Below are positions 17,729-26,244 of a DNA stretch of 45,098 nt, one piece after another. The stretch lies in assembly GCA_964615045.1 (NCBI GenBank), contig CAZTOE010000002.1, forward strand, positions 1 through 45,098, written 5' to 3'. Position numbers and translations under genes: made by a program. Within the stretch, counting starts at the first letter, position 1. The number at the start of each line of letters is the position of its first letter. The notes beneath the pieces were generated by a model, which ran no database searches, was not told the origin of the DNA, and saw only the letters and a program-made list of their open reading frames with translations. Source of the stretch: an uncultured Spirochaetales bacterium. Lineage in GTDB: Bacteria > Myxococcota_A > UBA9160 > PR03.

Positions 17729-18406
17729 ATGGTGCTCCATCGCGTCGATCCGGAACGCCGCGCACGGCTCGAGGCTGCGCTCGCGGACGGCCTGGCCGGC
17801 CTGCGCCGTGGCGTCGCCGCCCGCCGGGCGCGTGCACTCGCGGGCGAAGCCCAGATATTGGAACGCGGGCTCCAGGCGCTCTACCAGGGCCTGCGGGCGC
17901 GCCTCCAAACCCTGGGAGTTCGCGAACACCGCGCCGAGACCGACGATTTCGGGATGGACCCCGAGGTGTGGAGCGAACTGCGCCCCTTCTTCGACGCGCT
18001 CTTCGACGGTTGGTGGCGCATCCATGTGGAGGGCACTGCCGATCTCGCGAGCGCGACGCCGTCCCTGTTCAACGCGGAAAGCAGCGCCGGGCTGGCGCCC
18101 TGGGATGGCTTGATGCTGAGCCACGCGCTGGCGCGCCGCGCGCCCGAGGCGGCGCGCGTCCGCTTCCTGGTGAGCGACGCCCTCGCCACGCGGCCCTTCG
18201 CGCAACCCGCCCTAGCGCGGTTGGGCGGCGTGCGCGCCTGTCAGGAGAACGTGGAGCGTCTGTTGCGGAGCGGTCGTTCCGTGATCGGCTTCTCCGATCC
18301 CGGCGCACTCGCTGTCGCTCGGGTGCTCGGCGTGCCCACCGTCGCAACCGCCATCACGGGAACCCTGGGCGGCAGGTGGAGGATCCGCCTCGCCACCCCG
18401 CGCTAG
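17729..18406 (+). CDS. Lysophospholipid acyltransferase (PlsC/LPLAT)-like protein with degenerate catalytic motifs
   Basis: Family-like blocks are DDFGMDPEVWSELRPFFDALFDGWWRIHVEG, ACQENVERLLRSGRSVIGF and GVPTVATAITG. The expected NHxxxxD reads NAESSAGLAPWD and the expected FPEG reads FSDPG. ATG follows a GGAGG Shine-Dalgarno sequence 8 nt upstream. Confidence 0.55.
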   Translation: MVLHRVDPERRARLEAALADGLAGLRRGVAARRARALAGEAQILERGLQALYQGLRARLQTLGVREHRAETDDFGMDPEVWSELRPFFDALFDGWWRIHVEGTADLASATPSLFNAESSAGLAPWDGLMLSHALARRAPEAARVRFLVSDALATRPFAQPALARLGGVRACQENVERLLRSGRSVIGFSDPGALAVARVLGVPTVATAITGTLGGRWRIRLATPR

Positions 18407-19032
18407 GGACCGGCGTCGCGGTCCGGCGCGGCCGTTTGAGGTACTCGCGCTTCCCGCTCGAGTTCCTCGAGCCGGAGGAGCGCGTCGTCCAACTTTTGGT
18501 GGAGTCGCTCCAGATCACTTCGCCGCGGCAGATCGAGCGCGCGCATACCGCGTTCCAGCGCGCCCTGCACGATGCTTTCTAGATCGGGCTTCGAGAGCGC
18601 GACCCATTCCAGGCCCTTGACGCGCGCGCCGTGCTCGCCGAGCAAGCGGCGGACATTGCGCTGGAATTCTTCAAGGCCTTCCGATGCGTCGCCTACCCCG
18701 CGGCGCAGCGCGCTGTAGAGGACGTCGCCACTGCGTTGAATCAAGTCCGACAGGACGCTTCCCGGAACGGTCCGGTGAGAGCGCTCGGTGTCTACGAGAA
18801 TTTGCGAAAGGGTGACCGAGGTGATGTCCTCACCGGTCTCGTTGTCGATCACCCGGACTTCGCGACCCTCCTCGATGAGCTCCGCGATTCCCTTGAGGGT
18901 GATGTAGCGACTCGTGCTCGTGTTGTAGAGCTTGCGATTCGCATAACGCTTGACGAGGACGGCTTCGGCATCGTCCAACCCGTCACCCGCAGCTTCGCGC
19001 CCGGCTCCGGTGTTCGAGAGGTCGGTATTCAA
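18403..19032 (-). CDS. PhaR-like (PHA synthesis repressor family) DNA-binding protein
   Basis: LVKRYANRKLYNTSTSRYITLKGIAELIEEGREVRVIDNETGEDITSVTLSQILVDTE matches the PhaR N-terminal DNA-binding signature. The C-terminus is coiled-coil (RSDLERLHQKLDDALLRLEELERE). The start is uncertain: TTG 19032 (GGAG 8 nt upstream, preferred), TTG 19110, or GTG 19233 (which overlaps the upstream gene by 61 nt). Confidence 0.7.
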   Translation of the reverse strand: MNTDLSNTGAGREAAGDGLDDAEAVLVKRYANRKLYNTSTSRYITLKGIAELIEEGREVRVIDNETGEDITSVTLSQILVDTERSHRTVPGSVLSDLIQRSGDVLYSALRRGVGDASEGLEEFQRNVRRLLGEHGARVKGLEWVALSKPDLESIVQGALERGMRALDLPRRSDLERLHQKLDDALLRLEELEREARVPQTAAPDRDAGP

Positions 19033-19172
19033 GCGGGGTGCTCCGTCGCGCTCGATGGCTTTTCGTTCGCGGGCCTTGAGGATCGACCTCTCTGCCGGCG
19101 AGGCGGGCAACCTAACAAAAAGGGCCGGGGCGGGCTTAGTTCGAGTGCCGGCTGAGCTGGGCGGGCTGCGGG

Positions 19173-19634
19173 CTATGCGGTCGCCCGCTCGGGGTGAGGC
19201 TGCGGACCCGGGCTCGCGATCCCGAACTCCCACAGCAGTTCCCGGAGCCCCAGAAACGCGCGCAGCACTGCCCGGGCCTCCGGGTCGCCCTGGCTTCGTG
19301 ATTCCCAGCGAGTGATCTCGGCGTCAAGCGCGTCGGCCAGATCGGTCAGCAGGTCCTGTGCCGGGTCGCTGCCCGGCCGCACGCCGGCTTGGATCTGTTC
19401 GAGGAGTTCCACCGCCGAACGCAGCGTTTCGACCCGCGCCGCCCCGCGTCCAAGCGCCAGAAAACTCGCGACGTCGAGCAGCGCCCGCAGGAGAAGCAGG
19501 GTTTCCGCAAGCGCCGCCCGCGCGTGATAGGCGGCGGAAGCGATCGCGGCCTCGAGGCTTTCGGTATCCCCGGCCGCGTGGGTGGCGGTGGCGTCGGTGG
19601 CCTGCGGTTCCGGTCGTCGAGCTCGCCCCGTCAC
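19173..19634 (-). CDS. Hypothetical small Ala/Leu-rich helical protein, translationally coupled to the ArsA-like ATPase
   Basis: In-frame GTG 19634..19632 overlaps the stop of the upstream ATPase gene (GTGA). The sequence looks helical and coding-like (SLEAAIASAAYHARAALAETLLLLRALLDVASFLALG...DLLTDLADALDAEITRWES). I recognise no family. Confidence 0.5.
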   Translation of the reverse strand: MTGRARRPEPQATDATATHAAGDTESLEAAIASAAYHARAALAETLLLLRALLDVASFLALGRGAARVETLRSAVELLEQIQAGVRPGSDPAQDLLTDLADALDAEITRWESRSQGDPEARAVLRAFLGLRELLWEFGIASPGPQPHPERATA

Positions 19635-20809
19635 GCTGGGCGCTCCCTCTCTTGGGCGAAGATCCAAGTCGCCACCCGGACCAGACTGTCGAAGTCGTGG
19701 ATGTCCTCGACGAGTTCGGGAACCCGCCGTACGAAACCGCCGATCTCTCGCATGCGCGCTTCGAGTGGTCGGCAGGCCTCTCGTTCAGCCCGGGTTGCCG
19801 CAGCGTAGCGATCCGCAGCGACGAGCGCCGTGCGCGCCCAGGTTTCGGCACTGCCCGTTGGAGCGCTTGCGGCGAGCAGCTCCGCGAGCTTGGCGACATC
19901 GCCCGCCGCGACGCCCGCGGCGGGAATCGCATCGCCCGGCCATGGGTGCGTGCGGTTGAGCACCACCCCCGCCAGGGGGACGCTCTGCGCCTCCAGTTGG
20001 CTGAGCAGCTCCAGGCCGGCACGCATTGCGGCGGGGCTCGGCGCCGCGGCCAGCACGAAGGCGCTACCAGGCCCGCGGAGTTGTTCTTCGACCTGCTTCG
20101 CGTGAGAGCGAAACCCCCCCGACATCTGCTCAAACGCGAGCAGAAACTCGGTGATGTCCTCCAGGAAGCCCACTCCGCTGACGCGTTCGATGAGCCGCAG
20201 TACGCGGTCCGTGCCGCGCGCAAAGAGCCGCATGCCGAGCCTGCCCGCGGCGAAAGCGGGGTGCACCAAAAGCTGGACCACGCTGCTGTCGAGGAGCGCC
20301 AGCATGCGATGCGGTGCCTCCAAGAAATCGAGGGCGTGTTCGGAGGGTGGGGTGTCGACCACGATCAAATCGAAGTCGCTGCGTTGCGAGAGTTGGTACA
20401 CGCGTTCCATCGCCGCATACTCGGCGCTTCCCGCTAGTGCCTCCGACAAGTGGCAGTAGATCGGGTTTTGCAGCACGCGTTGCCGCGCGGCTTCCGACGC
20501 CGCGAAACGCTCCACCAGCTCGTCGAAGGTACGCTTGGTATCGAGCATGGAGGCGAAAAGCCGACCCCCCGTCTGGCCGCGCGGGGGGGCAAGGCGCTCC
20601 GGTTCGATCTCGCGCAGCTGGTGGTCGAGGGGGCCGGCTCCCAACGCGTCGGCCAAACGTCGAGCGGGGTCGATCGTCAGCAGTGCGACGCGGCGGCCAC
20701 GGCGAGCCGCCTCGAGAGCGAAGCTGGCCGCCAGCGTCGTTTTTCCGACCCCGCCGGTCCCGACGAAGGCCACGAGCCGCTTTTGGTTGATGAGCCTCTC
20801 CGGGTCCAT
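19631..20809 (-). CDS. ArsA/Get3-like P-loop ATPase (second of a tandem pair)
   Basis: Begins MDPERLINQKRLVAFVGTGGVGKTTLAASFALEAARRGRRVALLTIDPARRLADALG, with DLIVVDTPPSEHALDFL (switch region). ATG 20809 lies 8 nt after the upstream stop. The track start at 20953 lies inside the upstream gene. Confidence 0.8.
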   Translation of the reverse strand: MDPERLINQKRLVAFVGTGGVGKTTLAASFALEAARRGRRVALLTIDPARRLADALGAGPLDHQLREIEPERLAPPRGQTGGRLFASMLDTKRTFDELVERFAASEAARQRVLQNPIYCHLSEALAGSAEYAAMERVYQLSQRSDFDLIVVDTPPSEHALDFLEAPHRMLALLDSSVVQLLVHPAFAAGRLGMRLFARGTDRVLRLIERVSGVGFLEDITEFLLAFEQMSGGFRSHAKQVEEQLRGPGSAFVLAAAPSPAAMRAGLELLSQLEAQSVPLAGVVLNRTHPWPGDAIPAAGVAAGDVAKLAELLAASAPTGSAETWARTALVAADRYAAATRAEREACRPLEARMREIGGFVRRVPELVEDIHDFDSLVRVATWIFAQERERPA

Positions 20810-20817
20810 GGCGGCGC

Positions 20818-21801
20818 TCACGGCGCGGGGCTCTCCGGCGCGAGTAGCGCGTTGGCGAGTAGCGCGAAGGACTCCGCGCCGGCGGGTCCCCCGGGCTCGT
20901 AGGGGAGGGGTACGATCGGAAGGCCGGTCGCTCGCGCGAGTTCTCCAGTCCAATGCTCACTGCGTTCGCTGCGGACGCGCCAATCGCGTACCGCGTGCCG
21001 CAATGCCTCGTTGGGGGCTAGCTGGTCCGCCCGTTTCAGGGCTTGTTCGAGCTCGGCCAGAGCGACTCCGGGCGGCGGCGAGTCGAAGGCGTTCATGACG
21101 ATCCGATCGACGGGCACCTGAACCTCGTCGCGCATACGCGCCACGAGTTCCACGGTCTCGCGGGCGGGGAGCTCTTCGGGCCTGGCGACGGGCAATAGCA
21201 GGGTGCGCTTTGGATCACGGACCAGGGCTTCAACCCAGCCGGCATGGCGGCGCAACGGGCCCGCCCGGACGGCTGCCGAGGCGACGCGAGGCACGTCGAG
21301 AAACGTCAGCCCGTGACCAGTCGCCGGAGCGTCGACGACGACGAGGTCGGGGCGCGACAAGGGATCGCCCCGCTCGACCATGTGCCAGATTTTTCCCAGT
21401 GTGATCAATTCCCTCCAGCCGGGTGCGCCCTCCAACAACTGGTGAAAACCACGGTGGGCAACCACGCGCCGGACGAGGCGCCCGAAACCAAATTGCAGCG
21501 TCAGGTACTCGGCCAGCGCGTCGAAGGGGTCGAGCCGCAGGGTCTCGACGCCATCGGAGGACGTTTCGCGCTCCCGGGTAGAGGTGCCAAGCCGGGCCGC
21601 GGAGAGCAGCGAGGGGACCTCGCTCGATCGCCCGGTCTCAATCACCAGAACTCTCCGCCCCCCTCGCGCGCCCGCCACGCCCAGCGCCGCACAGACCGTG
21701 GTTTTCCCGGTCCCTCCCTTGCCCGTCACGACGATCAGGCGACGATCGAGAAGCGAGGGGAGGACCCGGCGTCGGTCGGATGTCTGTTGCGGTTGGGCCA
21801 A
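20818..21801 (-). CDS. ArsA/Get3-like P-loop ATPase (first of a tandem pair)
   Basis: Carries LIVVTGKGGTGKTTVCAALG and DLVVVDAPATGHGLTFLDVP. The start is uncertain: TTG 21801 (preferred), TTG 21939, ATG 22008 or the 22029 track start. The two longest would collide head-on with the divergent gene starting at 22001. Confidence 0.7.
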   Translation of the reverse strand: MAQPQQTSDRRRVLPSLLDRRLIVVTGKGGTGKTTVCAALGVAGARGGRRVLVIETGRSSEVPSLLSAARLGTSTRERETSSDGVETLRLDPFDALAEYLTLQFGFGRLVRRVVAHRGFHQLLEGAPGWRELITLGKIWHMVERGDPLSRPDLVVVDAPATGHGLTFLDVPRVASAAVRAGPLRRHAGWVEALVRDPKRTLLLPVARPEELPARETVELVARMRDEVQVPVDRIVMNAFDSPPPGVALAELEQALKRADQLAPNEALRHAVRDWRVRSERSEHWTGELARATGLPIVPLPYEPGGPAGAESFALLANALLAPESPAP

Positions 21802-22000
21802 GAGCGTCAGGCGGGGCCGATTCGCGGCAGAGTAGGGTGGGAAGTGTTTCGTCGGCGGGCCGCGAGTGGGGATTCGGATCGCCCTCAAGCGCTCTCCCGG
21901 CGCGGCCGAAAGAGACGTGGGTTCGCAGACTTGCCGCAAGCTAGCACACGTCGACTGCGGCCTGATCCAGGAAGCCCGCGCGCGGCTCGGAGGAACTCGG

Positions 22001-23662
22001 TTGGTCATCCGCTGTGACCAGTGCAACACCCGCTTTCATCTCGACGATGCGCGGATCCCCGAGCGCGGGGCACGGGTCCGCTGCTCGAAGTGTCAGCATT
22101 CCTTCTACGTGAAGCGCGAACCGACGCCTGCCGTCGAGGCTCCGCCCGACGCCGGCACGCAGCCCGCGCCCTTGACTGCTCCCGCGGAGGCACCCCCGGC
22201 CCCGGTCTCTGCCCTGCATCCTGAGCCGAACCAGGCCAGCGACCTCGAGGCCCCCCGTGCAGCTCCTTCCGAGGCAGCTTCCGTCGATTCGTCCGCTTCC
22301 GCTGCGCCCGAGCCAAGCGAAGCGCCCGCCAGCAAGATGGAGCGATCGCCCGAGACCCGAGCCGCAACCCGAGCGGCCCCTGCGGAACGCATGGAGTCGG
22401 CGCGACTCGAAACCGGGGAAGCCCAGGGCTCGGAGCCCGGCGCTGCGCCCGACCTCCTGGCCGAGGGGGAGCAGGCGGAGGGCGACGAGGGCTGGGAGTT
22501 TGGTGAGACCGATGTTCGGTTGGGAACGGCGGAGAAGCACCAAGAGCCGTCCGACGAGGACGATCCCCTCGCAGCCGCGCTGCGAGAAGCGGAAGCGGAG
22601 CGTGTGCATGCCGCTGCGATCGGGGGAGCAGACGAAGCGCCGAGCGAGATCTCGGTTCCCGCGCCCGAAGCGGCGCCGCTTGCCGAAACTGGCGCCTCCT
22701 TGGCTCCCGAGCTCGCTCCCGGCATGGAACTCGGCGCGGCGGCTGCTTCGAGCGACGCGCTGGCCGCTGCCAGCGAACCCAGCCCAGACCTCGGTCCAGC
22801 ACGCGCGCGCGATCCCAATGAAGACTCCCTTGCCGCAGTGGGAGATCCTTCCAGCTGGGATCTCTTCGCCGGCCTCTCCGAGGAGGCGGTCAGTCAGCAC
22901 GACCCGGTGGCGCCGCAAGCTCAGTCGGCGCCCGCAGCCCAGACACCGCCCTCCGAGCGGGAGCCTCTTTTTGCAAGCGACGTCGAGCAGGCCGCGGCCC
23001 GTCCGGATTTTGATGACGACCAGCTCTTTGACGCCCCCCTCATCCCCAACGCGCCAGAACCGGCCCACTCCGATTGGGTGGCCGCAGCGGTCGGATGGCC
23101 CCTAGTGCTGATGCTGATCGCGTTCACGACGTGGAGCGAAATGCGTCCGGTTCCGGCCGTGAGCGCCCCGCATCCGATTTCGCTGGCACGGGGCTTTGAG
23201 GTCGCAGGGCTTCGCAGCCGGATTCTCGAGAATGCGATCGGGGGTTCACTGCTGATCGTCTCCGGAGAGCTCCGCAATACGAGTCCCCAGCGACAGGCCC
23301 TGCGATCCACGCTGGCGATCCGTCTCCACGACCCTGCCGGCGTCGCGCTCGAAGACGCGCATGCCCTCGCGTGCGCGGCCCTGGACGAGCACACGGTTCG
23401 GCTCAAGGATCCCGCGGTCTTGCGAGCCGAGCAGCAGAGGGGGGCCCGCGAACTGGCCCTCCGCGAGCTCGGTCCCGGGGAGATCGTCCATTTTGACGCG
23501 GTGTTCGACCGCCTTCCGGGGCGCGCGGTGCGCTTTTCCTTCTTGGAGGAGCGGGTTCCGCTCCACGTGCTCGGGGCGTTGGAGAGAGCCTCATCCAAGC
23601 CCGCACAGACCGATGCGGAGCTTACGAATCTCCCTTTGAAAGCTCTTCCTTCTGGGGAGTGA
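22001..23662 (+). CDS. MJ0042-type zinc-ribbon protein with long acidic disordered linker, one TM helix and DUF3426-like C-terminal domain
   Basis: TTG 22001 follows GGAGGA 7 nt upstream. The N-terminus ([36 protein letters not shown]) has the CxxC...CxxC zinc-ribbon pattern. This is followed by about 300 aa rich in A/P/E/S, then a TM helix ([20 protein letters not shown]), then a C-terminal beta-rich domain ([12 protein letters not shown]...). Confidence 0.75.
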   Translation: MVIRCDQCNTRFHLDDARIPERGARVRCSKCQHSFYVKREPTPAVEAPPDAGTQPAPLTAPAEAPPAPVSALHPEPNQASDLEAPRAAPSEAASVDSSASAAPEPSEAPASKMERSPETRAATRAAPAERMESARLETGEAQGSEPGAAPDLLAEGEQAEGDEGWEFGETDVRLGTAEKHQEPSDEDDPLAAALREAEAERVHAAAIGGADEAPSEISVPAPEAAPLAETGASLAPELAPGMELGAAAASSDALAAASEPSPDLGPARARDPNEDSLAAVGDPSSWDLFAGLSEEAVSQHDPVAPQAQSAPAAQTPPSEREPLFASDVEQAAARPDFDDDQLFDAPLIPNAPEPAHSDWVAAAVGWPLVLMLIAFTTWSEMRPVPAVSAPHPISLARGFEVAGLRSRILENAIGGSLLIVSGELRNTSPQRQALRSTLAIRLHDPAGVALEDAHALACAALDEHTVRLKDPAVLRAEQQRGARELALRELGPGEIVHFDAVFDRLPGRAVRFSFLEERVPLHVLGALERASSKPAQTDAELTNLPLKALPSGE

Positions 23663-23813
23663 CGTCGATTTCGTCCTTGCCCGACACGCCGCTCTTGAAG
23701 TTGCGAATCGCCTTGCCCATGCCAGACCCGATCTCCGGCAGGCGTCGCGCGCCAAAGAGCAGAACGACGATGCCCAGGATAACGAGTAGTTCAGTGGTCC
23801 CGAGGCCAAACAT
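23622..23813 (-). CDS. tatA: Twin-arginine translocase subunit TatA/E
   Basis: [40 protein letters not shown] is the canonical TatA TM segment plus amphipathic helix. It is 63 aa. Confidence 0.92.
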   Translation of the reverse strand: MFGLGTTELLVILGIVVLLFGARRLPEIGSGMGKAIRNFKSGVSGKDEIDVTPQKEELSKGDS

Positions 23814-23903
23814 ACCAATCCTCCAGCTGGAGGTACGTGGAAAGGGTGCCCTCCGCGCTCTTTCGGGTCAAGCAGGCCCACCCGCTCTGGGGAGACCGCT
23901 ACC

Positions 23904-25274
23904 ATGATTTCCATGTCCGTCTTCAAAGCCTACGACGTGCGCGGAACGGTTCCGGACGAGTTCGGCCCCGAGATCGCCTACCGGGTCGGCTGGGCGACCG
24001 CACATCACTTGCGTGCGAAGCGCATTGCCGTCGGCCGCGACGCGCGCGAGAGCTCGCCCGCGATCGCGACCGCCGTGATGAGCGGAATCGCCACGGCCGG
24101 TGCTGAGCTCGTCGACCTCGGCCTGGTTTCAACCCCGATGCTCTACTTCGGCGTCGAGCGCCTTGCCCTTGACGCGGGTGTGATGGTGACGGCCTCCCAC
24201 AACCCCGCCCAATACAACGGGCTCAAGATCTGTCGCGAGCACGCCATTCCCGTGGGAGGGGAGAGCGGGTTGCGGGAGATTGCAGCGCTCTGTGAGCGCG
24301 CGCCCGCGGCGTCGGAACGGGCGCCGAGCCCCGAAGTCGTCGATCTGCGCGAAGCCTACGTCGAACACGTGCGCTCGGTCGGCGATCGCTGCGAACCGCT
24401 CCGAGTCGCCATCGATTGTGGGAACGGCATGGCGGCAGTCGGGCTCGAACCCCTGTTGGAGCACATGCCGCTCCGCGTCGAGCGCCTCTATTTCGAACCC
24501 GATGGTCGTTTCCCCAACCATCCCGCGGATCCCCTGAACGCCGAGAACCTGCGCGACTTGATCGGCGCGGTAATCCGTTGCGATGCGGATCTCGGCGTGG
24601 CCTTCGACGGTGACGCCGACCGCGCGATCTTTGTCGACGAGAAAGGCGCGCCAGTGAGTTCCGACCTCATGACGGCGCTCCTGGCCCGCGTCCAGCTCGA
24701 GCGCCACGGACCGGGACCCGTTCTCTATGACTTGCGCTCGAGTCGCGCCACGCCCGAAGCGATCCGCGACGCGGGCGGTACGCCCGAGCGCAGTCGCGTG
24801 GGACACTCATTCATCAAGGCGCGCATGCGCGAGGTGGGCGCGGTCTTCGGTGGCGAACTATCCGGTCACTTCTACTTCCGTTTCACGCCCACCCTGGTAG
24901 CGGACGACGGTGTGGCCGCTTTCGCCGCGCTACTCGACCTGATGGCCCGAGAACGGAAGCCCCTTTCGGAGCTGTTGCGACCGCTGCGTCGCTACGCGGC
25001 GAGTGGCGAAATCAACCGCCGCGTCGCTGACGTTCCCGGCCTGCTGGCGGTGATGGAAGAGCGGTATCGGGATGGAGAGATCGCCCACCTGGATGGGCTC
25101 TCGGTCGACTACCCCGATTGGTGGTTCAACCTGCGCCCCTCGAATACCGAGCCTCTCGTGCGCCTCAACCTCGAAGCCAAGACCGCGGCCGCGATGAGCG
25201 AACACCGCGACCGCATTCTGGCCGAGATCGAAGGGCTTGCCAGCAACTCCGAAGCACCTCCTCAGCACTCCTGA
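23904..25274 (+). CDS. Phosphomannomutase/phosphoglucomutase (alpha-D-phosphohexomutase family)
   Basis: Carries FKAYDVRG, the phosphoserine loop TASHNPAQYNGLK, the metal loop FDGDADR, and GGELSGH. ATG 23904 has GGGGAG 9 nt upstream. Confidence 0.9.
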   Translation: MISMSVFKAYDVRGTVPDEFGPEIAYRVGWATAHHLRAKRIAVGRDARESSPAIATAVMSGIATAGAELVDLGLVSTPMLYFGVERLALDAGVMVTASHNPAQYNGLKICREHAIPVGGESGLREIAALCERAPAASERAPSPEVVDLREAYVEHVRSVGDRCEPLRVAIDCGNGMAAVGLEPLLEHMPLRVERLYFEPDGRFPNHPADPLNAENLRDLIGAVIRCDADLGVAFDGDADRAIFVDEKGAPVSSDLMTALLARVQLERHGPGPVLYDLRSSRATPEAIRDAGGTPERSRVGHSFIKARMREVGAVFGGELSGHFYFRFTPTLVADDGVAAFAALLDLMARERKPLSELLRPLRRYAASGEINRRVADVPGLLAVMEERYRDGEIAHLDGLSVDYPDWWFNLRPSNTEPLVRLNLEAKTAAAMSEHRDRILAEIEGLASNSEAPPQHS

Positions 25275-25363
25275 GCGTATTCCGGTCATCCGACGTACGC
25301 CCGGCTCGTCACGCGCGCGGCGTCGCCTTCGCCACGGTGCGTCGCGTCCGGGCGCTTCGGGTC

Positions 25364-26182
25364 CTAGGCCTCGCACTCGAGATGTCGAGCCAAGAAACGC
25401 GCCAGTGCGGCCAGACCGGCCTCGCCGACGTCGCCGCCCTCAACCCACACCACCTCGCGCGGCTCGGCCGCCGCGCGGTGCAGCGACTCGGCGGTCCGTT
25501 CCGGCACGTGCTCGTCGCCCCTGGCGTTCACGAATAGCAGGGGGCGCGGCGCAATCCGCGCTACCGCCTCGCTCGGGTCGAGGGCTCCGATACCCCGCCC
25601 CGCCAAGGCCAGCGCGACGGCCCGAATCCGCGGATCGGTGGCCCCCCAATGTGCCCCCACGATGGCACCCAGCGAGAAGCCGACCAGGGCGACGCGCTGG
25701 GCGTCGATGTCGGGAAGCGCCAGCAATGCGTCGAGACAGCGGGCGCCGTCGAGCAGGGCCTGGCGCAAAAACTCCGCGCACAGGCGCTCGCGCTCCGGGT
25801 CGAGAAGTTCGCGATCACCGAACGCGTCCAGGAAGGTCTGGCTCAACTTCGCGCTGGCGCGTTCACCGTGGAGCGGCAGATCGAAGCTCGCGACCCCACA
25901 GCCTCCGGCGATCCAGTCGCGCGCGCACGCGGTGAGAAACGGAGTGTCCTTGGCCCCTCCGGTGCCGTGGGCCATGAGGATCAGCGGCACTGCCGCGTGC
26001 ACTGCCTCGGCTTGGATCGGAAGCCACAACACGCCCGGGATCCGGTCGCCGCGGCTCGAGTACTCGAAGCGAAACTCGCGGGTTCGGCCGCCTGGGGCGC
26101 CTGGACGCTCCTGAAGCCACAGGGCGAGAGGTTCTGCGTCCCAGAGCGCGGATCCGGGTTGGGCGGGCGCGGCGCTCGGCAT
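25364..26182 (-). CDS. Alpha/beta-hydrolase-fold protein (dienelactone-hydrolase-like)
   Basis: Contains LILMAHGTGG, the nucleophile elbow GFSLG, and NARGDEHVP (acid residue region). I see no clear His in the usual C-terminal position (VEGGDVGEAG). Confidence 0.65.
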   Translation of the reverse strand: MPSAAPAQPGSALWDAEPLALWLQERPGAPGGRTREFRFEYSSRGDRIPGVLWLPIQAEAVHAAVPLILMAHGTGGAKDTPFLTACARDWIAGGCGVASFDLPLHGERASAKLSQTFLDAFGDRELLDPERERLCAEFLRQALLDGARCLDALLALPDIDAQRVALVGFSLGAIVGAHWGATDPRIRAVALALAGRGIGALDPSEAVARIAPRPLLFVNARGDEHVPERTAESLHRAAAEPREVVWVEGGDVGEAGLAALARFLARHLECEA

Positions 26183-26244
26183 GGCGGCGGAGTGTACGGC
26201 CCCGCGCCGATCCGGGCGACGCAGAGGCTCGCGCGAGGGCGCTT

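Noticed and set aside
25275-25363. Convergent intergenic region between the phosphohexomutase and hydrolase genes, inspected for a bidirectional terminator.
   Set aside because: I could find only 5-bp stems with long loops and no U/A tracts, so no terminator call can be supported.
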